From NCBI GenBank assembly GCA_963678315.1, contig OY782781.1, positions 2,176,001 through 2,240,000 on the forward strand: a stretch of 64,000 bases of DNA. The letters run 5' to 3'. The DNA comes from Candidatus Cloacimonadales bacterium (GTDB taxonomy: Bacteria; Cloacimonadota; Cloacimonadia; Cloacimonadales; JAFGVF01). Both the position numbers and the translations under genes were made by a program. Within the stretch, counting starts at the first letter, position 1. Each line of letters starts with the position of its first letter. The notes under the pieces are model-generated. The model was not told where the DNA came from. It was given only the letters and a program-made list of their open reading frames with translations, and did not search any database. Positions 29,620-40,000 of this stretch are shown here, piece by piece.

Positions 29620-29932
29620 GGAAATAGTGAAGTCACTTTTTCCACCTAACAGAAGAGGAAATAAAGTTGTCAAAAATTATCCAGCAATATCTTATGTATG
29701 TGTTTATATATTAGTACTTTATAAAATGGAAATAATGGTGACATCAAAAGGACAGCTATTTTTCCTTAATATAGATGCTTTAGAGGAATGTGGAAATATC
29801 TTTGTCAATTTAGATTTTTTCACTTATATCATCATAAGTGTTTAATGTGTGGTGCTTTAAGCATCATAATAGTCTAATATTATCTTTAAAAATGGAAGTT
29901 ACGCTGTCGCTACAAGGAAAAAACCTATGTCA
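29620..29932. repeat. Second array of TGACA-N6-TTTCC-like sites
   Basis: Sites at 29628(+), 29657(-), 29750(+), 29792(-), 29894(-) and 29916(-), plus extra degenerate sites at 29620(-) and 29728(-). Confidence 0.8.
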
Positions 29933-30033
29933 ATTTATATTAATGTTCATATAAAATAATATCTCAGCTCTATAATCCAGAAAGTTGTTATCAGGTCTCT
30001 CAAGAGAAATAATACATGTTATTAATTATATAT

Positions 30034-30062
30034 TTGACAACCTTGTAACTTAAGTTTAATCT
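30034..30062 (+). promoter_or_regulatory. Putative sigma-70 promoter
   Basis: TTGACA-17 bp-TAATCT upstream of a GGAGGAG RBS. Confidence 0.55.
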
Positions 30063-30099
30063 TGTTATTGTTACTAAATTAATATTTCTTGGAGGAGTT

Positions 30100-31560
30100 A
30101 TGTTAAGAAAATCAGCTTTTATTATTTTGTTTTTGATTATTGCTTTAAATCTTACTGCGGTAAATAATTATTCGAAGATCTTACCTGAAATCGACGATAA
30201 CGGTAATTTGTCTGTTACTTTGGCTTATTGTGAATATATGTCTGATTTAGGTTATAGGGATGCTAAACTAGACAAAATAAATCTTACTTTTGATGGTCTA
30301 ACAATAGGCATCACTAGCGCAGAGAACTGTTATTCATTAGCAGGTTATTATTACAGTCCCTACAACTATCAATCTTACGGGACAAGATCTTTTGTTCATG
30401 ATGAAAATGGTAATATGCTGCTTCTAATAAAAAGATATTATGATGAGCCTGAATGTCATTATGATTTTATATATAGAACTAGTGGAAGTAATTTAAATGA
30501 AATATTAGCAGGTAATATTTTCTTCCCAGCTGAATTAGTTACTTCTCCTCGAAATTACATCCATAACATTATTAAGGATAGTGAAGATATTATCTATATT
30601 TCCTATGAGCACGAATATTGGGGACCAGCTATTGACCAACTTATATATCAATCAGCTAATGATGGTAAGACATGGACTCCTCTAGTTGATTTTGATAATC
30701 AAGATTTAACTAACATGATATTGAAAGATGTTCATCCAGATAATAATGATATAATGTTCTTTGCTAAAGATGATGGTTTTCTTTATAAATCAGAGGACCA
30801 TGGCTTAACAACTACACTAGTTGATAGCACTTCTGGAATGGAATGGTATGAACATCTTGCTTTAAATGGGAATCATGATTTTATCTTCTGTGGAAGCGGT
30901 TTGATATACGCGAATTGTTACTCTTTTGAAGAGAACTGTTGGAAGATAATGAAGTCAGTTGATGATGGCTTTTCTTGGAATGTTCTTAATAACTATAATG
31001 GATATGGCTTAAATTGCATTGATAATGATGCTCAGAATCCAGGAGTATTATATGCTTGCGATAATTATAAAATTGTAAAAAGTATTGATTATGGTGAGAC
31101 CTTTACAACAATATTAGAAAGTAATCAAACTGGTGGTCCGATAAAAGGTATCTATCAAATAGACGGCTCAGATTATTTTGTTTTTCTAACAGTATATGGC
31201 TTACATGCAGGTAATTCTTATGGAGACTTCTATCCGCTGGGATATTATGTTGATAATAGTGATACAGAAGCTCCAATAGCAAATTCAACTATCACTGCTT
31301 CTTGTTATCCAAATCCATTTAATCCTGAAACTACAATTGAATATACTCTCCCAGAAAATGGCCTTACTTCTATTGAAGTATTTAACATTAAAGGGCAATT
31401 AGTTAAAACACTCAAAAAAGATTATATGTCTGCAGGTAGTCATACTGTTGTTTGGCATGGTAAGAATAGTAACAATAAACAATGCGCTTCGGGTTTGTAC
31501 TTTTACGTTGTGAAACAAGGAAATAATACTATGTCTAAATCAATGATTCTTATGAAATAG
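30100..31560 (+). CDS. Secreted BNR/Asp-box beta-propeller protein with FlgD-Ig C-terminal domain
   Basis: SANDGKTW, SEDHGLTT, SVDDGFSW and SIDYGETF Asp-boxes; CYPNPFNPETTI C-terminus. Confidence 0.8.
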   Translation: MLRKSAFIILFLIIALNLTAVNNYSKILPEIDDNGNLSVTLAYCEYMSDLGYRDAKLDKINLTFDGLTIGITSAENCYSLAGYYYSPYNYQSYGTRSFVHDENGNMLLLIKRYYDEPECHYDFIYRTSGSNLNEILAGNIFFPAELVTSPRNYIHNIIKDSEDIIYISYEHEYWGPAIDQLIYQSANDGKTWTPLVDFDNQDLTNMILKDVHPDNNDIMFFAKDDGFLYKSEDHGLTTTLVDSTSGMEWYEHLALNGNHDFIFCGSGLIYANCYSFEENCWKIMKSVDDGFSWNVLNNYNGYGLNCIDNDAQNPGVLYACDNYKIVKSIDYGETFTTILESNQTGGPIKGIYQIDGSDYFVFLTVYGLHAGNSYGDFYPLGYYVDNSDTEAPIANSTITASCYPNPFNPETTIEYTLPENGLTSIEVFNIKGQLVKTLKKDYMSAGSHTVVWHGKNSNNKQCASGLYFYVVKQGNNTMSKSMILMK

Positions 31561-31614
31561 TATATGAAGCAATCTAATACATTAGAACTTCTAGAATAGA
31601 AATTTCCTACACGG

Positions 31615-31664
31615 TTACTTGCCCCCTTGAAAAATTAGCTTTTTTTCAAAGAGGCAAGTAAGGG
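31615..31664. repeat. Long palindrome (REP-like element or bidirectional terminator), copy 1
   Basis: TTACTTGCCCCCTTGAAAAA…TTTTTCAAAGAGGCAAGTAA; related to 56732-56773. Confidence 0.65.
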
Positions 31665-31753
31665 TGAAGTATTATTACTTTAATAAAGTGTAGTTATCTT
31701 TGTTATGAAATAGTAGTATTAACTAATTAACAAAGAATATATTGTTGAATATT

Positions 31754-33277
31754 TTAGTGTCTAAAGTGTCTCATTCCTGTCATAATCATAGCAATATTAT
31801 GTTCATTGCATGCTTGAATAACTTCTGGGTCTCCTTTAGAACCACCAGGTTGAATAACAGCAGTTACACCATATTTTACAAGTTCATCAATAGAATCTCT
31901 AAATGGGAAGAAACCATCAGAAGCACAAATGCAACCATTGAGTTCTAGCCTAAACTTCTTAGCTTTACTTATTGCAATTTCTGTTGAATCAATGCGACTA
32001 GTCTGCCCTATTCCTAAACCTATAGTTCTATCATTCGTGGTAAATGCTACAGCATTAGATTTAAGAGATGCTACTGCATTCCAGCCAAATTTTAGTGCTT
32101 GAAGTTCTTTTTCAGATGGTTGACGTTCTGTTACAACTTTCCAGTTTTCAGGAATATCTGTATTTATATCAGCATCTTGAACTAAATAGCCATTTACACA
32201 AGTAGTAATAATTTTATGATTTTTTAGCTGAGATATTTTATCTTGATTGAATTGAATAAGTCTTCTATTCTTCTTCTTTCTTAAGAAATCGAGAACACCT
32301 TCTTCATAAGCAGGAGCTAAAATAATCTCTGTAAATACAGAATTGATTTTCTTAGCAGTAGCTAAATCTAGAGGTCTGTTAACAATAACAATTCCACCGA
32401 AAGGAGAAAGAGTATCAGTTGCAAAAGCCTTATCATAAGCTAAATTTAATTGAGCATCACTGCCTATTCCGCATGGGTTAGTATGTTTGAAGATAGCAAC
32501 AGTAGGGGCTTCAGTAAACTTCATAATTGTCTTAATTGCTGAATCTACATCAATTAGATTATTGTATGATAACTTTTTACCATGGATTACTTCAAAGATT
32601 TCATCTTCTTGGTAGAATGAAGCATTTTGATGAGGGTTCTCTCCATATCTAAGAGTATCTTTTAAAGGAAGAGAAACATTAAGAGTATCAACATTATTAT
32701 TGTGTTTCATGAAATATTGTGAAATAGCAGTATCATAATCTGCAGTATGTGCAAATGCTTTTTGAGCTAAAGAACTTCTATATTCAGGAGTAATTTCATT
32801 ATTTTTAATTCTATCAATAACATCTTGATAGTCATTAAAATCTGTAATAATAAGTACTGAGTTGAAGTTTTTTGCTGAAGATCGAATAAGAGTAGGACCA
32901 CCAATATCGATATTCTCGATAATATCAGCGTGGGAAGCTTCAGGATTTGCAACTGTTTGTTTAAAAGGATATAAGTTAACAGCGACTATATCTATCAGAC
33001 CTATACCAAGCTCTTTTGCTTGTTCTAGATGTGATTCAACCATACGATTAGCCAAAATACCACCGTGGATTTTAGGATGAAGAGTTTTAACCCTTCCATT
33101 CATTATTTCTGGAAATTCAGTTACATGGCTAACCTTAATTACTGAAATGTTGTTTTCTTGAAGATGTTTAGCTGTGCCACCACTAGACACGATTTCATAC
33201 CCTAAATCAATTAATTGCTTTGCAAAGTCGATAACATTCGTTTTGTCAGAAAGACTAATCAATGCTCTCTTGGTCAT
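31754..33277 (-). CDS. purH: Bifunctional AICAR transformylase / IMP cyclohydrolase
   Basis: RALISLSDK, GRVKTLHP, IDIGGPT, LRYGENPHQ and MTGMRHFRH; start set at ATG 33277 after GGAG. Confidence 0.97.
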   Translation of the reverse strand: MTKRALISLSDKTNVIDFAKQLIDLGYEIVSSGGTAKHLQENNISVIKVSHVTEFPEIMNGRVKTLHPKIHGGILANRMVESHLEQAKELGIGLIDIVAVNLYPFKQTVANPEASHADIIENIDIGGPTLIRSSAKNFNSVLIITDFNDYQDVIDRIKNNEITPEYRSSLAQKAFAHTADYDTAISQYFMKHNNNVDTLNVSLPLKDTLRYGENPHQNASFYQEDEIFEVIHGKKLSYNNLIDVDSAIKTIMKFTEAPTVAIFKHTNPCGIGSDAQLNLAYDKAFATDTLSPFGGIVIVNRPLDLATAKKINSVFTEIILAPAYEEGVLDFLRKKKNRRLIQFNQDKISQLKNHKIITTCVNGYLVQDADINTDIPENWKVVTERQPSEKELQALKFGWNAVASLKSNAVAFTTNDRTIGLGIGQTSRIDSTEIAISKAKKFRLELNGCICASDGFFPFRDSIDELVKYGVTAVIQPGGSKGDPEVIQACNEHNIAMIMTGMRHFRH

Positions 33278-33374
33278 TCTTAACTCCATAATTTTTATTA
33301 TCTTCCGATATTGACGATTTAACAAAAGCACTAATTGAGTCAAGACGATTTTTTATAATTCATCTTCAAGAAAT

Positions 33375-33406
33375 AAAAAAGCACATAACTAATGATAATT
33401 ATGTGC
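33375..33406 (-). terminator. Intrinsic terminator
   Basis: Minus strand GCACATAA…TTATGTGC followed by TTTTTT, downstream of the ABC permease. Confidence 0.7.
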
Positions 33407-33434
33407 AAAATTTATATTAACGTTGTTAACAATC

Positions 33435-34661
33435 TTATTCAGTTCTCAAAGCTTTGACTGGATCTAAAGAACAAGCTTTCCATGATGGTATTATACCAAA
33501 AATAAAACCAACTCCGGAAGACATAACTAGAGCAATTAAAATTAGTTTAGATGTAATTGCAACATTAGCACCAAGATAATTTCCAACATAGTTAACCAAA
33601 GAAGTACCAATTAGAATACCAACTAGGCCACCAAGAGTTGTAACAATAATAGTCTGAATTAAGAACTGTAGAAAAATATCCATTCTAGATCCACCAATTG
33701 ACATTCTTACACCTATCTCACGTGTCCTCTCTTTTATTGTTGCCAGCATGATATTCATTATAACAATACCACCGACAATTAAAGATATTCCAGATATAAA
33801 ATAGAAAATAATAGTGAACTTACTAGACTCTCGTTCCATTACTTCTCTTTGTTCTAGATTAGATTCAGCTCTCCAGACAGGTTTGTTAGAGAATTCTTTA
33901 TTAATCAGGTTAACTAGTCTATCTTGAACATATTTAGTGTAATCTATACTTTTAGTTTGTAGTTCAAATGACCTAACTCTATCAAGACTTGGCTTGAGAT
34001 TAAGAATTGTAGTTACTGGAACAAGGATATTCCTATTCTCCCATTCGAGCCAGTTACCCTGACCCATATTGCCTTTACCTTCGAATACTTGTCGCTCTAA
34101 TATTCCAATTATAGTAAACTTGTTACCATCAATATCAATAAACTTACCTATAGGGTCAACACTACCAAAGAGTTCTTGTCGAACTATAGTCCCAATAAGG
34201 GCAACTTTCTTATTATGAGCTAAGTCAAAGGATGAAATTGTTCTACCAGTGCTTACTGGCCATTCTTTAATCTTAAAATAATCTAAGTCAACTCCTTGAA
34301 CTCTACCATTAAATTGGGCTGAATTATATTTAGTACTTGTGTGTGTAAAGATTTCAATGTTTAAAGTTTCAATGCCTTCAACTTTAGATACTAACCTCTT
34401 TACCTCTTCATACTCTAAAGATTTTCTTCTACTTGTTGGTTTATCAAATTCCCAGTTTCTATTGAAGTTGACCTTTGTAAAACCTCCATTCTCTTCAAGC
34501 CACTCTAATGTTTGTTTGGTGGTTCCTTGAACTAAAGACATCACTATAATGATTGATGCTGTTCCTAATACTACCCCTAGTACGGTAACAAATGTTCTAA
34601 TTTTCTTAGACCAAAAGTCTTGAAGGGATTGGTTTAAGACTTCTTTAAAGGAGATTGCCAT
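33435..34661 (-). CDS. ABC transporter permease, MacB/FtsX family
   Basis: VGGIVIMNIMLATIKERTREIGVR and LDPVKALRTE; start probably MAISFKEV. Confidence 0.9.
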   Translation of the reverse strand: MAISFKEVLNQSLQDFWSKKIRTFVTVLGVVLGTASIIIVMSLVQGTTKQTLEWLEENGGFTKVNFNRNWEFDKPTSRRKSLEYEEVKRLVSKVEGIETLNIEIFTHTSTKYNSAQFNGRVQGVDLDYFKIKEWPVSTGRTISSFDLAHNKKVALIGTIVRQELFGSVDPIGKFIDIDGNKFTIIGILERQVFEGKGNMGQGNWLEWENRNILVPVTTILNLKPSLDRVRSFELQTKSIDYTKYVQDRLVNLINKEFSNKPVWRAESNLEQREVMERESSKFTIIFYFISGISLIVGGIVIMNIMLATIKERTREIGVRMSIGGSRMDIFLQFLIQTIIVTTLGGLVGILIGTSLVNYVGNYLGANVAITSKLILIALVMSSGVGFIFGIIPSWKACSLDPVKALRTE

Positions 34662-35325
34662 CGTGTATCTTCCCGTCAACAATAGTTATAGTTCTATCAG
34701 CTTTTTTGGCTATTGAATTATCATGAGTAACTACTATTACTGTATTTCCTTTTGCGTGAAGATCAGAAAATATAGACATAATATCAGAACCCGAAGTGCT
34801 ATCAAGATTACCAGTTGGTTCATCAGCTAAAATAATTGAAGGATTATTAACAATAGCTCTTGCTATAGCAACTCTTTGTCGCTGACCACCTGAAAGTTCT
34901 GACGGCTTATGTTTTAATCTATCTCCTAGTCCAACCGAAGAGAGAACTTCTATCGCTTTCTTTTCACGTTCTTTCTTAGATACTCCTGCATATAAAAGAG
35001 GTAGTTCAACATTCTTCAATATATTTATATGAGGAAGTAAATTAAAGGTTTGAAATACAAATCCAATCTTACTGTTTCTAATTTTAGCTAACTTGCTTTT
35101 TCTTAGCTTTTCAACATTCTCCGTATCTAAGACGTATTCTCCACTTGTTGGGGAATCTAAACATCCCAGAATATGCATTAATGTTGATTTACCAGATCCT
35201 GATGGACCAATAATAGCTACAAACTCACCCTTCTTGATTGATACATCAACACCTTGTAAAGCATTTACTTCTACCTTACCCATTTTATAAGTTTTCTTTA
35301 ATGATTCAGTTTTTATAATTTCCAT
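34645..35325 (-). CDS. ABC transporter ATP-binding protein (MacB/LolD-like)
   Basis: GPSGSGKST, LSGGQRQR and ILADEPTG motifs. Confidence 0.95.
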   Translation of the reverse strand: MEIIKTESLKKTYKMGKVEVNALQGVDVSIKKGEFVAIIGPSGSGKSTLMHILGCLDSPTSGEYVLDTENVEKLRKSKLAKIRNSKIGFVFQTFNLLPHINILKNVELPLLYAGVSKKEREKKAIEVLSSVGLGDRLKHKPSELSGGQRQRVAIARAIVNNPSIILADEPTGNLDSTSGSDIMSIFSDLHAKGNTVIVVTHDNSIAKKADRTITIVDGKIHDGNLL

Positions 35326-35342
35326 AAAATCACACCCTATGA

Positions 35343-37079
35343 TTAATTTTCTTCTTGTTTCTGTTCTAAAATATGCAACCTAACACCTGGAGCAAAGGAA
35401 GAGTTGGGATACTTAGTTAAAAAATTTCTTGCTAGAGTTTTAACTTCTTCCCTATCTCGACTTGAATTATTTACTATTTGCAGTTCAGCATAGTCTCTAC
35501 AGAATTCATCTTGGAAGTTATTACTATATAAGACTAGTGCTCTGTCAAGTAACATGTTATTTTTATTCATCTCAGCATTCATGATAATAAAGATTTCATT
35601 TGAAGAAGCTTCATAAAGAGATTGATACAAAGAATCGGCTTTAGTTATATTCTTGAGTGCTTTATATCTGTAGGCATCTTGGAAAAGTTTATTATTCTGA
35701 GGAGTTAATTCTTTTGTATAGAACTTAATTGTTAATGCTTCTAATGTTTCTTGTGAGGAAGGAAATGAGATGACGAGTTCTGTTAATAACGAATCTGTTT
35801 CGGCAGATGAATTAAGAAACTCATATAAAAAGGAGTTAAATAGAATTTGACTGTCTACATCATATCTTTCTAAGAAAGAAAGTTCTTTATGTGCTTCCTT
35901 ATGATTATCATGTAAGATATGGTATTTAGAGATAAGTATACTAACTTCCTTTTTACTGTTTGAAGAATTAGCATGCCTATCAGCAAGCTTCAATTTATCT
36001 AAATACACTGTATTTATTCCATTTTTAGATTTTTCAATGTTAGCTTTAGTTATATAAGCTTGAAAGAGATAGGAATCTTTGTTTCTGACTTTGCCACTAA
36101 AGTTAATTACGTCTGTTGCTAAAGAATCAGACTTGACTAATTGCTTATTTACAAGATATAAATCAGCTAATTTTAGCATGTAGCTCAATTTATTGTTATT
36201 GTCAGTTACTTTTGATATAGCAAGATTATATAGCTGACCAGATAAATCATAGTTTCTATCTCTCTTAAGCTGTTCCGCTTTTACATAAATATCTTTGTGG
36301 GAATATTTGGACATGAGACTTAAAACTTTATCGTTTTTGTTACCATTTATAAGTGCTTCTAAGTAAACGTTAAACACTTTCTTGTTATTGTTATCTATAA
36401 TAATTGAATCAATATCATCACCGAAATACTTAATAACATCCTCAATTATAGCAGAATCATGTATGATCATGTTTTTAATTCTCATATTGACTATTCCAAT
36501 ATATCTGGACTCTTTTTCAATAACTTTAAAATAGTATAATAAAGCTTGAGAGTAGTCTTTAATATAATAATAAGAATCTGCTATGTTTAAATTGAACTTA
36601 CCAGGAAATTTGTTATTAGCGATTTTATAAAGTTCTATAGATTCAACATAAGCACGATACCTGGTGAATAACTTAGTAATATCATTAAAATTTGATAGAT
36701 TCGAGTATGACTGAAGATAATCAAGTGCTTGAGAAAGTGCTAATTCACTCTGAGAATTCATTAATTTGAGATTAATTCTGTGTTTGCCACTTAGAGAATC
36801 TGGAAGTATCTTATCCTTATCAGCCAATATTTGGGTTAGAGCTTTAGAATCATTACTTCTAATATACTGCTGAATAAGCCCCTCAATCAAATCAATATCA
36901 TTTGGATATGTAACAAGAGCTTCTTTATATTGGATTTTAGCTCTTTCGTACTGTCTGGACTTAATCAATTTATCAATGTTATTCTTTATAATTTCCTTTT
37001 CATCATATTGGCCAAAACATAATGAAAACAGTACAAGAAACATAATTATCAATACTATTTTTGAATTATTCATTATCAT
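35343..37079 (-). CDS. Secreted tetratricopeptide-repeat protein
   Basis: Signal peptide; helical TPR-like segments; C-terminal FLTKYPNSSFAPGVR. Confidence 0.7.
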   Translation of the reverse strand: MIMNNSKIVLIIMFLVLFSLCFGQYDEKEIIKNNIDKLIKSRQYERAKIQYKEALVTYPNDIDLIEGLIQQYIRSNDSKALTQILADKDKILPDSLSGKHRINLKLMNSQSELALSQALDYLQSYSNLSNFNDITKLFTRYRAYVESIELYKIANNKFPGKFNLNIADSYYYIKDYSQALLYYFKVIEKESRYIGIVNMRIKNMIIHDSAIIEDVIKYFGDDIDSIIIDNNNKKVFNVYLEALINGNKNDKVLSLMSKYSHKDIYVKAEQLKRDRNYDLSGQLYNLAISKVTDNNNKLSYMLKLADLYLVNKQLVKSDSLATDVINFSGKVRNKDSYLFQAYITKANIEKSKNGINTVYLDKLKLADRHANSSNSKKEVSILISKYHILHDNHKEAHKELSFLERYDVDSQILFNSFLYEFLNSSAETDSLLTELVISFPSSQETLEALTIKFYTKELTPQNNKLFQDAYRYKALKNITKADSLYQSLYEASSNEIFIIMNAEMNKNNMLLDRALVLYSNNFQDEFCRDYAELQIVNNSSRDREEVKTLARNFLTKYPNSSFAPGVRLHILEQKQEEN

Positions 37080-40000
37080 TCTCTGCGTTTAAACGTTTGA
37101 TATATTCAAGGATAATACGTTGGTATTCCTTAGGGTAATCCTTATAAGCTTCTTCTAAGAAAGCATTTTTCTCAATCTCTTTGAATCTTAATTCAATATC
37201 TTCAGGAGTTTCCCAATACTTATCATCTCCCTCTTCAGCTTTTCGCTTTTTACTCTTATCTCGTTTATTAATAGATTTAGTTGCTTCAAGCATTCTTGAT
37301 AATATATTTTCCTGTTGCTTAACCAGCTTTTCATCTAATCTGTTATACCTGAGATTGCGTGAAACTTCATTAAGTTCATCTATTAACTTCCTAATTGTTC
37401 TAGCCTGCTTTTGAGCATTAGGATTCGTTTTTAACATTCGTTCTAAATTGTCAGCTAACTGCTTTTCATCAGCAGCAAGTTTACCAAGTTGCTGTCTCAT
37501 TTCAGAAGGTATTTTCTTTTGCCCTTGACCAAGTTGTTTAAGAAGTTCTTGAGTCATCATATTCATAGCCATTTGTTGGTCACTCATTTGTTGCATTTGC
37601 TGCATAAAACTTTGCATACCAGAACCACCTGATTGCTGATTACCGTTTTCTTGCATTAAATCAAATATCATATTATGAAGACCGCTTTGAATTGTAACTA
37701 AATCTTTACTTACATTATATTTAACATTATTGTTTACATCAATAAATATATCTCGGAAAGCAGTGTTAGTGTCATTATAATCCATAATGAACTTTGGAGA
37801 GATTGCCATTAGTGCATTTGGAGTAGCTAACAACTTGTTTATAGTTAAGTTCAGCATTTCATGTTCAGCAATAATTCTTTCTATCACAACAAAAGGATCC
37901 TTGTCGAGTACAGTTGTTATATCCTTGTTTTCCTGAGCATAATAAATAAGCTCTGAAATAGCTTTCTGTTTAGCTTTGCTTAATTCTTGAGCTTGCATAG
38001 AGCCCATCATTGATTGCATTTGCATCAATGACTGTGTCATCTCTTGCATCTTAGAAATCATTTCTTGCTGAGAAGATACTGTTTGCTGACCTTTTTGATT
38101 CTGCATCTGGTCTGCAATATCCTGCATCTGTTGTTTCATAGAATCCATATCAGCTTTATCTTTCATTTCATTAAAAGAATCTTGTATTTTCTTATCTTCT
38201 TCAGAGTTTAACATATCTTGAAATTTATCTGCTTCTTTCATTATTTCTTCAAGTTGCTTTTTAATCTCTTCTTGTCTTTGAGACAATTTAGGACTATTCC
38301 CCTCTTTGGATTGACTTTGTTTCTTAAGCTCTGATTGCATCTTTTCAAGTTCTTTAGACATTTCAGTTAGCTTATTAAGAGACTGTTCTTTTTTTAATTG
38401 CTCTAGCATTTTTAAAGTTTGTTCTATCTTTTTGCTGAATTCTTCCATTGAGAACTTCATTTCATCAAGAGCTTTCTTCATATCTTGGGATGACATCTTG
38501 TCCATTTTATTCTTCATCATCTCCATTGCAAGGTTCAACTCCTCTGAGTTTATTTCTTGCATTAGCTCTTTTATCTTTTCCATCTTAGCAAGCGTTTCTT
38601 GAGTCATAACCTCATTCTTCTGAGCTTCATCAATCATCTTTTGTATAGCTTCTGCACTTTCGTCAATGTTTTCATTCATCTTTTCTTGCTGTGATATAAT
38701 GTCTTTAAGTTCTTTTTTATCTTGCCAATCAAGTTCATCCTTCTTCATTACTTCTCTACGTTTCTTCTCGAATTCTTGTTGAAGCTTCTTAGACTTATTG
38801 AGGTTTTGTGTTAATGCTTCATTTTGCTTTTGCTCTTGTTCTTGAAGCTCATTGAATATCTCGTCTAAGCTTGGAAGTTTAAGAACAATCTTTTCACTTT
38901 CCACATAGTGTTCTTTTTTGTAATGGTCAGTAACAGAAGCCCACAAGGTAACTTGATCATTAGGGAATAAGTTGTAGCTAGACAGATCAAGAATCATACT
39001 GTAGTTATAGATTTTATTATCGATCTTTCTCATTAACAGAGAATCTAATTTAATCGTATTATTTACATTATAGTGCAATGTCAAATTATATAATCCGTAA
39101 TCATCACTAACCTTTACTGTCAGAGGGATAAACTGATTCTTATCAATCTTTCTATCTTCAGGATAATTAGTTATCTCAATTTCAGGTTTTAAATCAGGTA
39201 TGACAATTATAGATTTATCTGGACTAGTGTATTTATTACCATGCACATCTTCGATATTTAAGTGATATCTTTTGTTAGTCGTTAGCTTATGCTTAAACAC
39301 TAGGGTATTATCATTTAGTTTTTCACCTAGAAGTGAAGAACCATCAGTAAAGACCATTAGTCCAGTTTTTAAACTTGAATTTGTCTCAATGATCATCTTT
39401 ACTGAAGAATTATGAATACCACTTATGTCTCCGTAAGAAGTTGTATCTGTTTCAGACTCTATTCCAGTATAATCAGGATAATCATAGATAACTTTAATTG
39501 AATTCACTGCAAGTTTTTCAAATACATCAACTTTGTAATATTGAGTTTGATATTTTTCATGTTCAACTTTATATTGGAAAGGTTGGTCAATGTCTTGAAA
39601 AAGGTATTCATCGCTTTCTAATCTGAAAGATTTAATTTTATCCGTAACTTTATAGAATATCTTATAAGAGAAGTTATTATCATAGTTGTTAATCTTTATA
39701 AGTAAATCTGAACCAGAAACAAGAATCGTATCTTTTGGTACAACATCTATGGAGTAGTCTATCGCAACTTTAGGCATTGACTGTAGATAAAAGCTTGACC
39801 ATGTGTCCCGGAAGTTACCTGCAAAAGTGAAGAATAAAAGACTATTACCAAGCATAAATAAGATAATAAAGATTAAGTAATTCTTACTAGTTACAGCAGG
39901 ATAAATTAACTTAGTAGATTGTGTTTTCTTATTAGTTCTTTGAATTATTCGTTCAAGAAAAGCACTATCACTTGGACTAGTAGATTGTTCAAGTTCAATA

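Larger units (their letters stand above)
16045..29932. mobile_element. Decayed prophage-derived island 2: same left and right frame as island 1, different cargo
   Basis: 16045-16806 is homologous to 503-1268, and 29114-29932 is homologous to 13682-14493. Confidence 0.7.

Noticed and set aside
29618..29845. 75-aa ORF overlapping the second motif array
   Set aside because: No RBS, and not conserved in the homologous 14187-14420 region.
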